This document shows, in pieces, positions 38,601-47,936 of a stretch of 64,000 bases of DNA. A model generated the notes under the pieces. That model searched no databases. It saw only the letters and a list, made by a program, of their open reading frames with translations, and was not told the origin of the DNA. The position numbers and the translations under genes were made by a program. The stretch is from Lama guanicoe (Eukaryota), in assembly GCA_013239625.1 (NCBI GenBank), contig MU053376.1, forward strand, positions 1,016,833-1,080,832. Direction: 5' to 3'. Position 1 is the stretch's first letter, and every line of letters begins with the position of its first letter.

Positions 38601-41600
38601 AACCTATTTAGAGCCTGCTTTCAAAAGGCTCAGAAAAAGAATAGACTATATATATTATACCAGAAAGAGAGAGAGAGATTGGGTGATGGGGCAAATGCAA
38701 TAAAATCTTAACACCTCGGGAACCTGCATGAAGTGGGTATGAGAGCTCTTTGTACTGTTCCGGCAACATTTACATAAATTTGAAATTATTTCAAAATAAT
38801 TTTAAAAAATAAGCCAAAAGGATTACTAGCAAAATGTATCCAGGTCTGGATCTCAGAGGAAAGAGATTAAGAGAGAGAATTTTACTTGTAAAAAACCCAG
38901 TGGTTGGGGTGGGGAGCAGTTGGTGGGGGGTATAGCTCACTGATAGAGAGCATGCTCAGCGAGCATGAGGTGTCCTGGGTTCGATCCCCAGTATCTCTAT
39001 TTAAATAAATACACACATACATACATATATAAATAAACCAAATTACCTTCCCCCTCAAAACAACAACAAAACCCCAGCAGGTAAAAAATGTATCAAATAC
39101 AGTAATAATGGAATTTTAACAATAAGTCTTCACTGCCCCCACTTCTGCCCTGCACACTACCTTCTCTCTCAATCTCCCTGGGATGATTTACTGATGCCAG
39201 TTCAGAGTCTGGGGAATCCAAGGCACTAATCTAAGTAAGTAGTTCAGGATCAGATTTAGGATTCCAATCCTCTAGACTAAGCAGTATAGAGAAACACCGG
39301 CTCCAGGATGGGACACTTTGATGGAGGTTACCTATCACTTATCCAGTTCACTGAACAAAAAGCCACCAGAGGAAGCCTGACCTTGCACAGCCTTGCAGTG
39401 CCCTAAGGATTACTGAGCACTCGGGAACACATCTCTACCTCTTCTGCGGGACAGGCCTCCTCTTTATCACATACCAACAAACCACATTTCCAAGTTGCTG
39501 CAGCAGAACTTCTCCCTGTCTCTCCGCGGAGCAAGAGCCAGCAGAGCAGGCCAACGGTTCAATCAGGAGAGACTGAGCTAGGTTTCCCCAGCAGGGTTCT
39601 TGTTCGCCAAAAGAGTAAGAATGACTTTTCTCCCACTGTTTCCCCCCACATTCCTCATTCCTTCTTGCACCTACATGTCTCTTACTATTAAAAGTTAAAA
39701 CTAGAGTATGTTGTACAGAATATTCCTAAAAAGTACACTCCCTATTGGCTTGGCCACTGTCCCTCTAATTTGAATAAAAAGAGAGCTTTTATTCAAAGTA
39801 GTCTTGTCACCTAGTTGCTTTTTTTACCTTTATTACCTAGTTGCCTTGGTCCTCGGTCTGGAAAGGTGGGTTTGATCAAAAAAGCCCTGGGAAATGCAAT
39901 TCTCTCCCATTTACATAGACTAGAAAGGGCAAAGTCTGCCTGGCATGAATAACACACGGAAGTCTTAATCTGATGAAGCTAAAGTTGGACCTTTTTTACA
40001 TCTGAGTGATAAAAGTGATAAAAGCATTTTTGAAAAAGAAGGGTGAGGTTTTTTTTTAAATAATCAAAGGCTCTTATGAATACATAAGCTATCACTATTC
40101 TTTGGGGTAGTTTTGATGCATTATTAGTTGGACAAGTGAAAAGTAAAACCACCCTCAAGTTCTGCTTCCCATCTTCCTGCCCAGAGAGCACAGCCCCAGG
40201 GAGCGGAAGCCACTATAAAGGCCCACTCCAAAGACTTGGGGTCAAAAGGCTCCTGCAGCCACATGGCACCAGCTGGGGATACATCCAGACCATTCAAACT
40301 GCCTGCTAAAGGCAACAGAGGAAGGCACTGCACGTGATGGGCACTTTGATCAGAGGCCCAGAGGGGACACTGATGAGTCCCCCATGCTCTGACCAACTTT
40401 CCTTCAGGGCATTTTGGTTTGGACTTGGGAGGAATATTACATATGAGGAGACTTTCTCAGAGAGGCTGATTTATAGCTTTAAGCAAGGGGCACGTGTCTT
40501 AACCACTGCTACATCTCTTCTCCTCTGTTCAAGTGTCAAGTTCCAGGATCCCCAATTTACCAGACTCCCCATTTAACAAAGAATTGAATCAATTTTCAAG
40601 CATGGGGTGGCCTATACCCAGACTGGAGATCTAACAGGGGACTCCAGGCAGGCCTCTGAGCATCAAGAAAAAAAAGCAGCATCTTTCATATAGACTCACC
40701 CTCTACACTCTTGTTATGAACAACAACATTCAGATTCCCTGGACCATGTAGGAAGCAAAACCTATCATCTCCAGAGGTGAACTATTTTCGTACAAGAAGT
40801 AAGGAGAAGATTCACCTTAGGTCTCAAAACTGTTAGGAAAAAAACCCACATCCTCTCAGATACCTCATACTCGTCATACTGGCTTCCCTGTGAGTAACCT
40901 CTAAGAAAGACAGGAAGATGAAAGATGCTCTAAAAGGAGTCTTCATGAACGCACTCTACTTTGGAACCATACAAACAAGACAATGATAATCACTCCATCA
41001 AAGACAGGTTGGAGCTAATTTTCCTGTATTGCCAGATAGTAAAGAAACTCAACTCCTGTTTTTATCAATGCCATTTAATCTTAGAACTTCTCATATGCCT
41101 TATCCCCATGCCCTCAAAGACTAATGGTTAAGCAGGTGATCAATTTGTAGAAGAATCCTCTAGAGGGATATGATGAAACACTAATCCTTCTTTCTTTCAT
41201 AATATCGATTTAGAATTAACAAATCAATAGTTGGACAGTGCTTCCCCATTGTGTGCCCTGTACCTAGTACAGAGTAAGGCATTAATAAAGATTTGTTGAG
41301 TGAATAATATTAAAGATTTTCTTCCCATACCATGTAAAGCTCTGGTATTGCATGCAACTCATTCTTGAGGACATGAAAATCATCCTTTGGGATACTGGCA
41401 TAGAATGCAGTTCCAGCCTCATCAGTCATCTATCAAATATTTATCATCTGCATTGCAAGGGATACAGTATTCACGAGCTAGTAAGCAAGATGACACCCTA
41501 TATACTTAACAATCACACAAATAAGAAATAAAAATAAAAGCATGATCTGTATGTCCAGAGCTTACAGGAATTGAGCAACAGGGATAAGGTGAAATTCATA

Positions 41601-44600
41601 CTGCTCTTTAGTTCAGCAATATTTCTTGAGATTTTATCTTCAGAAAGATTGTTTCTGAGAAGTGCATTTACTGCAGTAAGATTCTTTGTTCCCTTAACCT
41701 AGTGAGAAAGAGAAGCCTGGAGAAATAAATGGAGATACTGGGAAAGTAGACAGAGCAAAACAAAACCTAAAGACCAGAATGGATCTTTATTTAAATCCAT
41801 GTTTTCTTCATTTTTAAAATTAATTTATATATATATATTAGTGGAGGTACTGGGGACTGAACCCAGGACCTTGTACATGCTAAACATGTGCTAAACCACT
41901 GAGCTACAACCACTCTCCATGCTTTCTTTAAATACTACTTGCAAGGCTGAAGAACTAACCATACTGAAACCAGTAATGGCTTTTAGGGCTAAACTAATCA
42001 TATTGCAAATGGTAATAATCTTAAAGGTAATAATGTCTTCTTTTAAGGTCAGGCAGAATTATCCAGCCTTTTTATTGGTGGGCTGCCCTGTGCCGTGGGA
42101 AAGAGATTATCCTAGGAAAGGAAGATTAGAAAGGGGAAAGGGTAGAAAGGCCATTGTATTTGGGGAGGCCATTTCTTCCCAAAATTCCTCCCAGGGAGCT
42201 TGGGGTTGCGAGAGCAGCGAAGAGGGGCTCGATCCCCTAAATGTCAGGGACTGGAAACTGAAATAAGAGGTTGGAGTAAATAGTGTCACATTATACTCAT
42301 TCAATCAGATAAAGTCTCCCCACTGAAGTAAATTATGGTTCCATGGCAAGCTACCTTGGAGCCTGAGTTATGACTCACTTGTAACAAATCATCTCCATGC
42401 CAGGGTGCATTTGCACTCCCATGGCCAGGTCAGAAAAGAACAGGGGGGGACTCACAGAAGCTGACTTGGACTAGGAGCATAGAGACCCGGGCCTAAATCT
42501 GGCTTCAGCCCAAATTGTTGAACCTCATTCCATCTTTCTGCTCCTCCCATTCTTCCCCCAACCCTCACGTTTCAAGTTCCTAATCTAATGTTTACCAAGT
42601 ACATCCATACAAACACACTCAGATGCCACATATGTTTAGTACTAACCATGTGCCTGTGCTAAGTGCTTTAATGTACACTATCTCTAAATGTCACAACAAC
42701 TTTGTGAGGAAGACATTAGCACTCCCATTCTATTTCTTTATTTAGATATAATTCACATATCATAAAATCCATCCTTTTGAAATTTACAATTTATCGGTTT
42801 CTAGTATATTCACAAAGTTGTACAACCATGACAACTGTCTAATTTCAGAACACTTTTATTCCCCAGAAAGAAACCCCATACTCGTTGGCAGTTATTTCTC
42901 ATTTCCCTCTCTCCCTGTCCCCTGGCAATCATTAATCTACTTTCTGTCTTTATGAATATGCCTATACTGGACATTTCAAATAGATTGACTCACCCAGTAT
43001 GTGGCATTTTGTATCCCTCCCATTTTACATATAAAGAAACCAAGACTCTAATAGGTTAAGTAACTTGCCCCAAGTTACACAGTTAATAAGATGCTGAACT
43101 TGAAGAGCTCAGGTCTGATTCAAATGCTTGCACTTGCTTTTCACTATTATATGCTGCTTCCAGACAGGAAGAAAACTGAGAGAAAGTGAAAGTTTTAGAC
43201 ATTATGGGGGAAATGGGGTTTTGCTCATCAAAGGTAATAAAAGTAATAAATGAAGAGCAATCATAGCGCCATCTCTGCTAAGCTGAAATGTTGAGGCAGC
43301 TCTTCTAAATAGATTCTGGCAAACCCATGAAAGCACACCCATCACAGTCTCTGGTTGTTTTAGCCCACAACTTCCCTCCGCCCCTCAGCCCCAAGAAGAT
43401 GGTAATTATAAGAAACCAGAGGGTAAAGATTCTCCTCTCTCCCAATTTTCTGTCCCTTCCCCAGATGTCACTCTACCACTTAAATTGTATTATCCATGCA
43501 AATTTCAGTCTGACGACTCCAAGAGAAATGTCTATTTTAAATAAGTGCCCTACAGAGAACTATGTTCAATACCTAGTAATAACCTTTAATGAAAAAAATA
43601 TGACAATGAATATATGAATGCATATGCATGACTGGGACTTTGTGCTGCACACCAGAAATTGACACATTGTAACTGACGGTACTTCATTTAAAAAAAGAGA
43701 GCGAGAGAGAAATAAATAACAAATAAGTGCCCCAGTGCTTTTTGTCTCCTTTTTTAATTTGGGCAACCAGTTTATACTAGGTGTGACCAAAAGAGGGTGA
43801 CGGATGTTGGAGAAACTAAGCTGTTAGCGAACCAAAGGCAAAGAAAGCTATAAAAACCTAAGAATTGTAACTCACATAAAATGCCTACAATCTAGCCATA
43901 CCTTGGCTTTTTCCGATTTTTCTGCTTTAAGTGTTGTATACGTATATGGTTGAGATTAGATTACACCTTCCCAGGGGGCCAAGTTCAGATCTTCCTAATC
44001 TTTTTTATCCCTTATCCAAATAAACAAACAGGTGCACGGTAATGATGATAATTATAATTTTTTTTTCTTTCTTAAGAGAGAAGTATAGAAGGGGAAGACT
44101 GATCTCCATTAACCCAAGACCAAGGCCAATGTTTTATTCGCCTTGTTGGCCCTCATAAGCAGTACTCAAATGTTTACTGAATAATAATAGCTAATACTTA
44201 CACAGCACCTTACCAGGCACTGTTCTAAGCACACATATTAACTCCCAGCAACCCTTGAGGCAAGTACCATTATTATAATCCGCACTTCCAGGTGAGGATA
44301 CTGTGGCACAGTGCAGTTGGGATTTGCCCAAGGTCACTCACTTAATAAGAGTGGAAGCAGGCATGGAGGAACGGAGCACAGCCCAGAGCATTCTAACTAG
44401 ACACATTTGAGTCATTCCAATTTCTTAAAATTGAGAGGTTTATGACACACAGCAAAAGCCAGGAACTCTACTAGATTATAAAGCAAAAAAATACTTTACT
44501 CTCTGCTACTTTGTAATACTCCATACTGACTGTCTTCAGAAGTGCTTTATCTCATTATTTTGGAACCCTCTGGCAGAGGAAAACCATCTGAAAATTTCTC

Positions 44601-46885
44601 TCATCCCCTATGGTTAAGTGAAAAGAAGGCCAATGATTTGGGAAGAAAAGGAGGAACTGAATCAAGGAAATTTCACGGATAATTCAGTTTTTCCCTTATA
44701 GGCCAAGCTACTCTCATTTTACAGTTCTATTCCACCTACTTTTCAATTTCTAAAACATCACGTCAGGGGAGGGTATAGCTCAAGTGGTAGAGCACATGCT
44801 TAGTATGCACGAGGTCCTGGGTTCAATCTCCAGTACCTCCATTAAAAATAAATAAACCTAATGATCTTCCCCCTTTCCCAAAAAAAAAAAAACTAATATA
44901 ATGTGATAATAAATACATAATAAATTAAAATTTTTTTAAAAGAAACTTAAAAATAATAAAATAAAACATCATGTATGTTATATACTCTCTACACGGCCCC
45001 CAGTGAATTCAAAACTGTCAGAATTAAGAAGGCAACCTGGTGGGGTGGGTGGTCCTTCCCCTCTTTCATGGTTAAAAGGGAAATTAAAAAAAATTTAAAA
45101 TTAATCCATGATCATCAGTTGCTCAAATACCATACTACATCCAACCTAGAAGTCACTCCCATTTTGATAAGATGATTAAAACCTTCTAGAGGTTTGTTAG
45201 GTTAAGAATCGAGTGTTCCTTCACTTAACATTCCAAATTCCTATTAATCAGAAACCAACATTCAGAAAAGAGAGTTGAGACACTCTGAATGCACTTGATC
45301 TTGCAAAGATGGTCTGTAAAGGGAGAGAACAAGAAAGAGCTTAGTTGTCTTTTAAGAGTGATTTCTACTTTCTAACCCAATCACCAAAGCCGCTGGGAAA
45401 ACGGCAACCCCAAAGTATACATAGCAAACGCCATCTCACTCATTTTTCCTGATGCTCCTTTTCACCTCCAAAGAGAAAATTCTCCTGAAAGGAACACATT
45501 TTATGTAACAAAATCAAATGGCTCCCAGTCCTGTCATCTATATCCTCCCTTGGTTTTATTTTGGAGGGACAGAGACTTCAGTCGGTGAAGAGAGTTAAAT
45601 ACGCAAAGATTAGTCCATGATGCACTCAACTAGAAAAGCCAATGAGGCAAAATACAAAGGTGCATTTGTATTCCTCAAGTTGGCTTTTAAAGAATAAAAA
45701 CAAGGGATAACTAAGGTGCCTTGAAAACCTCCATCTCTCTGAGGTGAATCTACTTGCTGATTTTTTTTCAGTAGTAATTCTAAAATCAAGTTGTTATAAA
45801 GTTACAGCAATAGAGGGCTTTTCTAGACTAGCCATAAGAAAAACTTGTGGGCAGGGAAAGCCGCTGGAAAGCACTGCTGAGGGAAAGGGTGAAAGTACAC
45901 ATTCTGGGATCATCTCTGAAAACATCAGCCCTCCTCACCAGTTGTTTTTCGACAGCCTCACAGAAATCAGTCTATGGGCCCATTTTAAGAACAGCGTATT
46001 TCTGGGCATAAGATGTCAAAAATCACAACTTCAGAAAAGCTAGTCATCCCCACCTCCTCCCATTTATCCCTCGAGGTAAAATAAAAGCCTTTTTATTTAC
46101 ATCCAGGCCAACTGAATGGAATAGCATCACTCAGAATCTTCTTTATTTATATCACCATTTCTGGAGTCTCAGGCAAATTCATAATATTAAACATACAACT
46201 CTGGAAAAAACATAGGGCCCAACACACAAACTCTGAAAAGTTTTAACAATTCATTGCATTCTGAGCCTCATGATCGAATTTGCTGTCAACATCTCAATTA
46301 GTGTTTCTAATTAGTTGTATCAGAATCCCTACCAATGGTTTGGGTTTAGTTCTGAGGACCCACCCACTAGATCTACTCAATGAATCTGTGGGATCTAGAC
46401 TGAGGTATCTTTTATTTTAATTAAATTTAATACACACTTTAGCTGGAGACTCACTCAATGAAACCCACTGACTTCTTTGCTATGTTGTCCCAAGGTTACA
46501 TGGGATGCCAGTCCCTTCTCCCATCCAACCTAAATTGTTTCCTAATCAGATGAAGGAGTTAACAAACCTTCCAGTTCCCCACCAACAGCAGTTTAAGAGG
46601 AAGCAAGAAATTGGGAAAGGTCAAAGACCCTGCAAGATTTTAAGTGCTTTAGGGCCTCTATCACATCCTAGAGAGAATTATGTCGTCTCAGGACCAAAAA
46701 AAGGATCCTTTCTCTCTAACCTCTTTACCATAAGCACAAGCCACATCTCAAGCAATTCCCTGGCACCCAGCAGGTATTTCATTTAGCGACCCCAATCCCA
46801 TTTAGAGGATGTTCTTTACTTCTTCAGAGTTGTCTCCTGATTGATGTAAATACATTTCACATACATAATCAAACACACATGCACA

Positions 46886-46924
<39 letters not shown>

Positions 46925-47666
46925 TCCACTACAGGTCCCTGGCCTCCTAGGGCTCCGGGGTGGCCCTGCCTACCGCCCCTCTTCCACTTGCCATTTCTCC
47001 ATCCCTAAACTGGGGTTCTGACCACTACTGCTCGCCCCCCAATTCAGAGCAACTTTCCCCACTCCTAAGCGTAACCTCCGTCCTCTTCAAACTGGGGGCC
47101 CTCCGCGCTCCCGCCCGCGCACAGCCGGCTCCCCCGGATCCCGCTCCTAGAGCTCCGGCCTTCGGGCGCCCCTTGACCCCTGGTCCCCGCCGGCAGAGTC
47201 GCTGGCGCCCCTCTCCTCCCCCACCCGGAGGGATGCCCTCCCACGGCATCTCGGATCGGATCGGCCCAGGCCCGGGGGCCCCGCCACGCGGCCCTTCTTC
47301 CACTTTCCGCCTCTCCCCGGGGTTGTTTTGCAGGGGCAGGGGTGCGGTCCACCCTCTAGTTTGCCTCTCCAGCCTGCCTCTCTGGCGGCTACCCTCCTTA
47401 CCCGCCTGCAGCCCGATCTCGGCGACATCGCCGGCAGGGCCGCGCTCGGCCCCGCCGCCGTCCGTGGGGGAGGAGGGACAGCTGTGGTTGTGGGAGCCCT
47501 TGATGTCGCGGAAGAACTTCTGGGTCTCGCGCAGGTTCTGTCTCAGCCGTCCCAGGTAGCGGCGGTAGCGGCCGAAGCTCCGGCACAGTTCGCGGACCAT
47601 TCCGCCGCCTCCGGGGCCGGGACCCGAGACTGGCTCGCTCCCCCACCGCACCCCGTCGCCCTCCAT
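2461..47666 (-). CDS. DSTYK: Dual serine/threonine and tyrosine protein kinase (RIPK5/Dusty), complete spliced CDS: join(47402..47666,30314..30702,15860..16529,11946..12178,11455..11538,10620..10796,9897..10026,9386..9542,8632..8764,6909..7022,5383..5497,3238..3372,2461..2648)
   Basis: Exon lengths 265+389+670+233+84+177+130+157+133+114+115+135+188 = 2790 nt = 929 aa + stop. All introns are GT-AG with consistent phases. Translation [15 protein letters not shown]...RGLDDST matches recalled human DSTYK; kinase motifs [20 protein letters not shown] and APE are intact. Confidence 0.97.
2942..3083 (+). mobile_element. tRNA-derived SINE (vic-1-like)
   Basis: A box AGCTCAGTGG (duplicated), B box GGTTCCATCC, AT-rich tail; TSD AAATGTCTTTTCTG at 2928-2941 and 3084-3097. 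Confidence 0.85.
3238..3372 (-). CDS. DSTYK: DSTYK exon 12
   Basis: [49 protein letters not shown] and G|GTAAGA. Confidence 0.96.
5383..5497 (-). CDS. DSTYK: DSTYK exon 11, activation segment
   Basis: [38 protein letters not shown]; donor G|GTAAGC. Confidence 0.96.
5660..5780 (+). mobile_element. L2 3' end
   Basis: AGACTGTAAG...GGCAAGGAC...CCCCAGCAC...AGCACAGTGCCTGGCACATA...GAATGAAT. Confidence 0.6.
6909..7022 (-). CDS. DSTYK: DSTYK exon 10, catalytic loop
   Basis: [38 protein letters not shown]; donor CTG|GTGAGT. Confidence 0.96.
8632..8764 (-). CDS. DSTYK: DSTYK exon 9
   Basis: [48 protein letters not shown] and AAG|GTGGGG. Confidence 0.93.
8962..9107 (+). mobile_element. vic-1-like SINE
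   Basis: GGTATAGCTCAAGTGGTAG...GGTTCAATCCCAG...AAATAAATAAAC...CCTAATTACCTC. Confidence 0.8.
9386..9542 (-). CDS. DSTYK: DSTYK exon 8, kinase N-lobe (absent from the ORF track)
   Basis: [20 protein letters not shown]...[24 protein letters not shown]; Gly-rich loop and catalytic Lys; donor AG|GTCGGT. Confidence 0.94.
9897..10026 (-). CDS. DSTYK: DSTYK exon 7 (absent from the ORF track in this frame)
   Basis: [49 protein letters not shown] and C|GTGAGT. Confidence 0.93.
10620..10796 (-). CDS. DSTYK: DSTYK exon 6
   Basis: [20 protein letters not shown]...AASLRQ; CAG|ATC and CAG|GTGGGT. Confidence 0.95.
11455..11538 (-). CDS. DSTYK: DSTYK exon 5 (absent from the ORF track)
   Basis: Hand translation [34 protein letters not shown] and CAG|GTAGAG; 84 nt, phase 0/0. 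Confidence 0.93.
11946..12178 (-). CDS. DSTYK: DSTYK exon 4
   Basis: [24 protein letters not shown]...SNYLKQ; donor CAG|GTACTC. Confidence 0.95.
12935..13090 (+). mobile_element. L1 3' UTR fragment
   Basis: CTGTATAGCACAGGGAAC...ACACATTGTAACTGACTG, shared with other L1 tails in the window. Confidence 0.75.
14950..15090 (+). mobile_element. MIR
   Basis: GCTGTGTGACCTTGAGCAAATTACTTAACCTGTCTGAGCCTGAGTTTCCTCATCT. Confidence 0.75.
15860..16529 (-). CDS. DSTYK: DSTYK exon 3
   Basis: [20 protein letters not shown]...NMEFK; donor G|GTAGGT. Confidence 0.95.
17340..17708 (+). mobile_element. Old MaLR (MLT1-like) LTR fragment
   Basis: AGACTTCTTTTATGTGAG...CTTAAGC...TAACTGATA 3'-end pattern. Confidence 0.5.
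19509..21111 (+). mobile_element. 5'-truncated younger LINE-1 (ORF2 3' part, 3' UTR, A tail), defective
   Basis: ORF2 peptide KELYTENYK...[17 protein letters not shown]...[13 protein letters not shown] with a premature TAA at 19962; TSD AAGAGGTA(C/T)AGACTAT at 19493-19508 and 21112-21127. Confidence 0.92.
20167..20410. other. Assembly gap inside an L1
   Basis: Run of N. Confidence 0.99.
22660..22795 (-). mobile_element. vic-1-like SINE
   Basis: Reverse complement of the same tRNA-like head and tail. Confidence 0.8.
23552..23828 (+). mobile_element. L1 3' UTR insertion
   Basis: TSD AAGAACTCTGCCTC at 23538-23551 and 23829-23842; A-rich tail. Confidence 0.85.
26861..27236 (+). mobile_element. 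L1 3' UTR insertion
   Basis: TSD GAGAAAGCTGATTTA at 26846-26860 and 27237-27251; similar to 20785-21110. Confidence 0.87.
27458..27615 (+). mobile_element. vic-1-like SINE, A box disrupted
   Basis: GGGTATAGCT...GCATGCACAAGGTCCTGGGTTCAAT...tail. Confidence 0.75.
27856..28842 (+). mobile_element. L1 3' end (ORF2 C-terminus and 3' UTR), degenerate
   Basis: [15 protein letters not shown]...[14 protein letters not shown] motif with frameshifts; A tail. Confidence 0.9.
30314..30702 (-). CDS. DSTYK: DSTYK exon 2
   Basis: Long pyrimidine tract then [37 protein letters not shown]...HHALLQ; donor CAG|GTACCA. Confidence 0.95.
32360..32918 (-). mobile_element. ERV1-type solo LTR (MER34/MER39-like)
   Basis: TG...CA ends; 4-bp TSD CAGT at 32356-32359 and 32919-32922; 3' part resembles the two LTRs below in reverse orientation. 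Confidence 0.8.
34758..35305 (+). mobile_element. ERV1-type solo LTR (MER34-like)
   Basis: GGGGAATAAAGTATACCACCTCCAAATATG start; TTAATCTGTCT...GGGTAGAGG...TTTTCCTCCCCCACA end. Confidence 0.7.
35574..36094 (+). mobile_element. ERV1-type solo LTR (MER34-like)
   Basis: TGCAGGGTGGCAGAATATGCCATCCCCAAAAT...GATTATTTTGAGCTAAAGGCA start; TTAATCTGTCT...TTTTCCTCCTCCACA end. Confidence 0.72.
37763..37855 (-). mobile_element. vic-1-like SINE
   Basis: TSD TTTAAATGATAAT at 37750-37762 and 37856-37868. Confidence 0.85.
37870..38810 (+). mobile_element. Ancient L1 (L1MC/ME-like) 3' fragment
   Basis: GAGACATGACAACTAAATGCAA...GATCCTGGA...ACATTATTGGGACA...TTTGAAATTATTTCAAAATAA; a related relic lies at about 6230-6705. 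Confidence 0.55.
38921..39070 (+). mobile_element. vic-1-like SINE
   Basis: GGGTATAGCTCA...GGTTCGATCCCCAGT...A-rich tail. Confidence 0.8.
41809..41915 (-). mobile_element. vic-1-like SINE
   Basis: TSD TCCATG(T/C)TTTCTT at 41796-41808 and 41916-41928. Confidence 0.8.
43551..43720 (+). mobile_element. Short L1 3' tail insertion
   Basis: TSD AAATAAGTGCCC at 43539-43550 and 43721-43732. Confidence 0.8.
44765..44961 (+). mobile_element. vic-1-like SINE
   Basis: Near-consensus head; TSD TAAAACATCA(C/T)GT at 44751-44763 and 44962-44974. Confidence 0.85.
46891..46922. repeat. (CA)16 microsatellite in DSTYK intron 1
   Basis: Perfect CA run about 480 bp into intron 1. Confidence 0.95.
47402..47666 (-). 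CDS. DSTYK: DSTYK coding exon 1
   Basis: ATG in GAGGAGATGG context; [29 protein letters not shown]...GLQA-G; donor G|GTAAGG. Confidence 0.95.
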
Positions 47667-47913
47667 CTCCTCAGCCTGCTCTGTCTTCGCGTCTCGGTCC
47701 CCGGCCCTCTGGCCCGGTTCCCCTCCTCCCGCCGCCCCAGTGCTTAAGGCAGGAGGAATCCGCCTCCTGACGCCCCCGCCTGCAGTCGCCCGGGCTCCCA
47801 ACCTCCGTCACCGCCGTTGAAAACAAACCAAGCCGCAGTGCGCCGCGAACGGAACCTTTCTCTCCACTACCCAGAGGAGTGGGGGGAAGGATCGCCGGAG
47901 CACCCCGTCATTG

Positions 47914-47936
47914 CGCGGTCTCCTGGGACTTGTAGT
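47914..47936 (-). promoter_or_regulatory. ZNF143/THAP11-type promoter motif
   Basis: ACTACAAGTCCCAGGAGACCGCG on the minus strand, matching the ACTACAnnTCCCA consensus. Confidence 0.75.

Noticed and set aside
44765..44840. tRNA-like sequences here and at about 11 other sites
   Set aside because: They have A and B boxes but also shared AT-rich tails, TSDs and divergence between copies, so they are SINEs rather than tRNA genes
46960..47747. Long plus-strand ORFs antisense to DSTYK exon 1
   Set aside because: Pro/Gly/Arg-rich by-products of CpG-island composition with no recognisable protein
47667..47801. 45-codon in-frame N-terminal extension of DSTYK from a TTG (ORF 47025..47801)
   Set aside because: Starts at TTG in GC-rich sequence where stops are rare. 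The ATG at 47666 has a strong context and gives the expected 929 aa. No support without Ribo-seq.
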